A DNA stretch of 56,739 bases, filler included, from Ginglymostoma cirratum (Eukaryota), in assembly GCA_024137785.1 (NCBI GenBank). It is 3 parts of 3 records of this genome, joined end to end, with 100 filler letters (N's around TTAATTAATTAA, not from the genome) between each part and the next. Parts side by side here need not be neighbours in the genome. Positions count along the whole stretch, not along the records: positions 49,003 to 56,739 come from JAHRHZ010000266.1; 2 more parts are not named here. One strand, given 5' to 3'. A program made the translations under genes and the position numbers. Below the pieces are notes generated by a model. The model ran no database searches. It worked only from the letters and a program-made list of their open reading frames with translations, and was not told where the DNA came from. This document shows positions 50,985 through 56,739 of the stretch, piece after piece (the stretch's first letter is position 1; every line of letters starts with the position of its first letter).

Positions 50985-52660
50985 AAGGTGAGTGTGGATA
51001 CATTAGCAGACACAACACCAGTTGTATCCCCAATGGAAGATTCTGTAACGGTATTAAATTTTCTGGACATACTCCCAGTCACAGCTGACAATATCAGACT
51101 TTGGACATAGAAGGATTCAGTCCTTTCAAATCTGAAACAACTGGTGGTAATGGGAGAAACCAATGGACTATCACAACTAGAACTGAAACATTTTTGGACC
51201 CGGAGACGCAAGATGACAGTAGAGAAAGGTACATTGTTATGGGGAGCAAGAGTGTTTGCCCCAAGCAAACGTTGCTGCCGAACACTGGCTGAACTTTACC
51301 AGGGCATTGAGGAATCTCCAAAATAAAGATGTTGGCAAAAAAGCTATGCCTGGTGGCCAGGCTTGGATGCTGACATGGCTGTGTTGATGGGGCAGTGCCC
51401 AAAGTTCCAACATGGACAAAAATTATTGTCAGCAGCTCCCCGATATCCATGCGAATGGTCAGGTAGACTCGATTGCATGTTGATTATGAAGCCCTTTAAT
51501 GGGGTCAATGTTTTTAGTCATTGTAGGTGCCCACTCAAAGTTGTTGCACATGCGTAGAGTACATTTGTCAAACACAGAGACAATGATAGAAAAATTGCAC
51601 ACTCTTTTTCAATAAACAGAGTCCTGGAATTTTTAATTGCAGAAAACATGCCATCGCTTGCCAATGGGGAGTTTGGGTATTTCCTAAAGGTGAACAGGAC
51701 TCGACATATAAGGACAGCTCCAAATCACCCATCATCCAATAGCCTGGAAGAAAGAACAGTCGAAACTTTGAAGACTGGCTTGAAGAAACAGGCTTGCTAG
51801 ATACCATGCTGTCATGATTCCTATTTGATTATAGGAACAGACTGCATCCAGCTACAGGGATAGCACCAGTAGAGTTGTTACTGGGGAGAAGACTCAACAC
51901 CAGGATCTTCCTGGACCTGGGGGTTGAGGGTGAAATGGTATCAGGAACACCAATGCCTGACACAAGACTCTACCAAGTGAGAGAGACAGTTTGACATAGG
52001 GGTCCAAGTTTGACGCATGAATCATGGAAATGGCTCAGAATGGGTGGGAGGTATGGTCAAGGTAAGGTCAAGTCCAGTGATGTATTAAATTCAGGGAGGT
52101 GTGACAGTCCTTGGACTGTATGAAAACCACAAATTTGCAAACAGTGTGGGGAAAAAATGTGCCAGCCCTTTGGAAAAATAGGAAAGGCTGCCAGAACCCA
52201 TGTGTTTATTCTCTCCATCAAGCATTGATGAGTCCTCTGAATAAGAGATGGACACAACAGGTAGAGCTGCATGATGCCTTTGTCACCGGAATAAGGAACT
52301 GAAATTCTAGCAAAGCATTCCTGGTGCAAGGGGTGAGCTCCCGTGTGTCACACACTGCTCATATTGGGCGCTGAGTCTGAGGAGCCTGACACAGTGCTAA
52401 AATACCCCAGCAGGTTCTCGAAGAGAAAAGATCAACCTGTGTCCTTGGACTCAGAGAGGGAGGGATGCAGTGATTGTAATGAGGTTAGCCAGCTGGACTT
52501 CACAGAGTGTGAATTCCCTGATTGGGGCTGTTATTCTGGTCCAATCAGGGAGCCCTGGCTGACAGATATAAACAGGGGTGTCAAAGGTTCTGTTTGCTCT
52601 GAGGGAGCTGGATCAATGTCAAGGACTTGCCACATTTAAATAAGGGGTGGCTTGGTGACT
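50985..52660 (+). mobile_element. Gypsy-like LTR retrotransposon remnant: integrase region, PPT and 3' LTR (about 52466-52660)
   Basis: LPVTADNIRLWT*KDSVL...GTLLWGARV...WWPGLDAD motifs. The purine tract AGAGAGGGAGGGA precedes a TG LTR start. Confidence 0.8.
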
Positions 52661-52823
52661 TCAGATACTCAACAGGCCAAATAACCCCTGTGGAGGGAAA
52701 CAGGGTGAATATTTTAGTTCAATGATTTTCACTAGAAAATTAAATCATTAAAGGTTCAGAGAATTAGTTACACCCTCACTATGCACTGTCTACAGACTGA
52801 AGAATGTATAAGCAGCTTCTTAC

Positions 52824-53174
52824 CAGGTATGACCTGCAGCCGTGTCTCTTTCTGGATCAGATACTGAGAATTAGGTTCAGAAGTGTATTCCACCTGACAC
52901 AGGTAAGTGTGATTGTCCCTCACACTCAGCTGGTTTATCCTGGTCGAGGCATTTCCCTCCTCTGGGTTCCCGATGAGCTCATATTGATTTCCACCGTTTA
53001 CAGTTGTCCAATTTCCCTGTGATTGGGCTGTAAAAGTAACAATTTGTTGGTAGGGCTCCTTCCTCATCCAGGCAACAGTGGTCAGGTGGTAATTGCGCTT
53101 GGTCTTGAAGATACAGGGTAAAGTGACTGAATCTCCCTCTGTCCCACTCACCACTGAAACTTCTCCCTGAGCAG
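52824..53174 (-). CDS. Intact Ig V-set exon, Siglec-15/PILR-like (partial gene)
   Basis: cag / gtaag boundaries, phase 1-1, 351 nt. Reads SVTLPCIF...VAWMRK...YELIGNPEEGNASTRINQLSVRDNHTYLCQVE...TRLQVIP. Confidence 0.8.
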
Positions 53175-53776
53175 CTGAGGAAAGGGCAAATATCAGAATG
53201 AATGAGGTCAGTACGCTGAAGTTCTTGATTCAATCTGTTACATTTCTTTGAAATTCACAATAAAACAAGTAGTTAAAAAGGCCTTCTCGTGGTGCGGTAG
53301 TGTGTCCCGACCCCTGGACTGGGAAGACTGAATTCAAGTCGCACCGGCTCCGGGTGTTATGGAAGGGTATAGAATATCTGTAGTGTTAAAGAGGCCATTC
53401 GGCCCATCGAGTCTGCACTAACCATCCAAAGAGTATCCCACTCAGATCCAGCACCCCACCTAATCCCAATAACCTCACATTTACCATGGCTAATCCACCC
53501 AGTCTGCATTTTGGACTTGGGAGGCACCTCACCGGGAGCGGCGGGTGACGGAGCGGAGGTGACGTTGGAGACCAGGAGGTTGTGAGGAAGGTAAGGAATT
53601 ACTATATATTTGGGCAGCAGCTAAACCCGAGATGCGACACGTGTAGCATCTCCCTCCTCCTCTAACCAGAAGAAAAAGACTCTGCAAGGTAAGGGGGTTT
53701 TTTTTGTTTGTCTTTTTTTAATATATTTAAGTGCATTGTTTGGTATTAGTTAGTTGAGTCAGAGCTAAGGCTTACA

Positions 53777-54710
53777 ATGGCAGGGGACCTCAGACCCGTG
53801 ACATGTGCCTCTTGCTTGATGTGGGAGATCAGGGATGTGACTGACGTCCCTGACTGTTACACTTGCAGGAAGTGTGTCCAGCTGCAGCTCTTGTTGGACC
53901 GCATGACGGCTCTGGAGTTGCGGGTGGACTCACTGTGGAGCATCCGCGATGCTGAGAAGGTTTAGTGAATTGGTCACACCGCAGATTAGGATTACTGAGG
54001 GAGACAGTGAATGGGTGACCAAAAGACAGAGAAAGAGCAGGAAGGCAGTGCAGGTGTCCCCTGCGGTCATCTCCCTCCAAAACAGGTATACCCTTTTGGA
54101 TACTGTTGGGGGAGATGGCTCACCAAGGGAGGGCAGCAGTTGCCCGGATCATGGCACCATGGCGGGCACTGCTGTTCAGAAGGGCGGGAAAAAGACTCAT
54201 AGGGCCATAGTCATAGGGGATTCTATTGTAAGGGGAGTAGATAGGCGGTTCTGTGGCCGAAAATGGGACTCCCGGATGGTATGTTGCCTCCCAGGTGCTC
54301 GGGTCAGGGATGTCACCGATCGGCTACAGAGCATTCTGAAAAGGGAGGGTGAACAGCCAGTTGTTGTGGTGCATATAGGCACCAATGATATAGGTAAAAA
54401 ACGAGATGAGGTCCTGAAAGCAGAATTCAGGGAGCTAGGAGAGAAGTTAAAGAGGAGGACCTCAAAGGTAGTGATCTCAGGGATGCTACCAGTGCCGCGT
54501 GCTAGCCAGGGTAGAAATGAAAGAATAGGCAGGATGAACACGTGGCTTGAGGGATGGTGTAGGAGGGAGGGGTTCAGATTTGTGGGACACTGGGACCGGT
54601 TCTGGGGAAGGTGGGACTATTACAAATTGGATGGTCTACACCTGAACCAGACTGGAACTAGTGTCCTAGGGGGAGTTTTTGCTCGGGCTGTTGGGGAGGG
54701 TTTAAACTAA
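53777..54710 (+). mobile_element. CR1 LINE ORF1 (zinc finger + SGNH esterase), one frameshift near 53960
   Basis: CASC...CRKC, then GDS, HIGTND and DGLHLN motifs. Confidence 0.93.
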
Positions 54711-56739
54711 TGTGGCAGGGGTCTGGGAACCAGAGGAGAAGACTAGTAGACAGTGAGGTGGAAACTAGAGACTGTAGGGATCATGAAATTAGCATTACCA
54801 AGGGGAAGAGTAGGCAGAGAGCAGATGAACGCAAAGGAACTGGTGGTCTGAAATGCATATACTTTAATGCAAGGAGTATAGTGGGTAAGGCAGACGAACT
54901 TAGGTCTTGGATTAGTGCCTGGGAGTATGACGTTATTGCGATCACAGAGACTTGGTTGAAGGAAGGGGATGATTGGCAACTAAATGTCCCAGGATATAGA
55001 TGCTTCAGACAGGACAGGGAGGGAAGTAAAAGGGGGGGAGGAGTTGCATTGCTGGTCAGGGATGATATCACGGCTGTGCTAAAGGAGGGCACTATGGAGG
55101 GCTTGAGCAGTGAGGCATTATGGGTAGAGCTGAGAAATAAGAAGGGTGCAGTTACATTGTTGGCGCTGTACTACAGGCCTCCCAACAGTGAGCGTGAGGT
55201 AGAAGAACAAATAGGTCGACAGATTATGGAAAGATGTAGAGGTGACAGGGTGGTGGTGATGGGAGATTTTAAGTTTCCCAACATTGACTGGGATACACTT
55301 AGTGTCAGAGGTCTGGATGGGGCAGAATTTGTAAGGAGCATCCAGGAAAGTTTTCTAGAGCAGTATGTCAATAGTCCAACGAGGGAAGGGGCCATATTGG
55401 ACCTAGTGCTGGGGAATGAGCCAGGCCAGGTGGTAGAAGTTGCAGTGGGGAATTTCTTTGGGAATAGTGACCACAATTCTGTAAGTTTTAGAATACTCGT
55501 AGACAAAGATGAGAGTGGTCCTAAGGGAAGAATACTAAACTGGGCCAAGGCCAATTATATCAAAATTCGGCAGGAGCTGGGAAATGTGGATTGGGGACAG
55601 CTATTTGAAGGGAAGTCCACATTTGATATGTGGGAGGCTTTCAAAGATAGGTTGAAGATAGTGCAGGATAGGCATGTCCCTTTGAAAACAAGGGATAGGA
55701 AAGGAAAGATTCGTGAACCGTCGATGACAGGAGAAATCGTGCGACTAGCCAAGAGGAAAAGGGAAGCGTACATAAGGTCCAGGCAGCTAAGAACAGAATG
55801 GTCCTTGGAGGAATATCGGGAGAGTAGGACCAATCTTAAACGAGGAATCAAGCGGGCTAAAAGGGGTCATGAAATAACTTTAGCGAACAGAATTAAGGAG
55901 AATCCCAAGGCCTTTTATTCATATATAAGAAGCAGGAGGGTAACTAGAGAAAGGGTTGGTCCACTAAAGGATAAGGAAGGAAGGTTTTGTGTTGAACCTG
56001 AGAAAATGGGTGAGATTCTCAATGATTACTTTGCATCAGTGTTCACTGAGGAGACGGATATGATGAATGTTGAGATTAGAGATAGAAGTTTGTTTACTCT
56101 GGATCACGTTGACATAAGGAGGGAAGATGTGTTGGGTAGGCTAAAGGATATTAAGGTGGACAAATCCCCAGGACCGGATGGGATCTATCCCAGGATGCTG
56201 AGGGAGGCAAGAGAGGAAATAGCTGGGGCCCTGACAGATATCTTTGTAGCATCCTTAAACACAGGTGAAGTGCCGGAGGACTGGAGAGTTGCTAATGTTG
56301 TCCCCCTGTACAAGAAGGGTAGTAGGGATATTCCAGGTAACTACAGACCAGTAAGCCTGACGTCAGTGGTGGGAAAGTTGCTGGAGAAGGTACTGAGGGA
56401 TAGAATCTATTTATATTTGGAAAAGAATGGGCTTATCAGTGATAGGCAACATGGTTTTGTGCAGGGGAGATCATGCCTTACTTACTTAATAGAGTTCTTT
56501 GAGGAAGAGACCAAGTTGATAGATGAAGGAAGGGCTGTAGATGTCATCTACATGGACTTTAGTAAGGCGTTCGGTAAGGTTCCCCATCGTAAACTAATGG
56601 AGAAAGTGAAGTCACATGGTGTGCAGGGTGTTCTAGCTAGGTGGATAAAGACCTGGTTGAGCAACAGGAGACAGAGAGTAGTAGTTGAAGGGAGTTTCTC
56701 GAAATGGAGAAAGGTGACCAGTGGTGTTCCACAGGGATC
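54710..56739 (+). mobile_element. CR1 LINE ORF2 (APE endonuclease + RT), runs off the window end
   Basis: YFNARS, ITETWL, YYRPP, GDFKFP, SDH, PGNYRPVSLTS, YMDFSKAF and SGVPQG motifs in the frame starting at ATG 54710. No stop was noticed. Confidence 0.95.

Overview
Eukaryotic genomic DNA from a cartilaginous fish (shark), judged from HE1-type V-SINEs, CR1 LINEs, Penelope elements and shark IgM-like V frameworks. Three assembly gaps are present. (1) Bases 1-21 kb are a decayed array of antigen-receptor V segments, all pseudogenes. It holds three IgM-VH-like V exons with RSSs plus a fourth VH leader remnant, four members of a TCR-like V family whose leader and V appear to share one exon, and three orphan leader exons. 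They sit in duplicated cassettes of mixed orientation, and no D, J or C segments are visible. (2) At 26297-36706 on the minus strand is an apparently intact 6-exon gene that I assembled by hand (340 aa). It encodes a non-rearranging antigen-receptor-like membrane protein: leader, germline-joined VJ domain, C1-set domain, uncharged TM, and a tail with two ITIM-type motifs. A possible decayed second C1 exon lies just upstream. (3) At 52824-53174 on the minus strand is an intact Siglec-15/PILR-like V exon whose other exons were not found. The rest is mostly retroelements (CR1, Rex1/Babar, Penelope, Gypsy, SINEs), including short palindromic Penelope-derived insertions that carry hammerhead ribozyme cores. 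Repeat boundaries are approximate.
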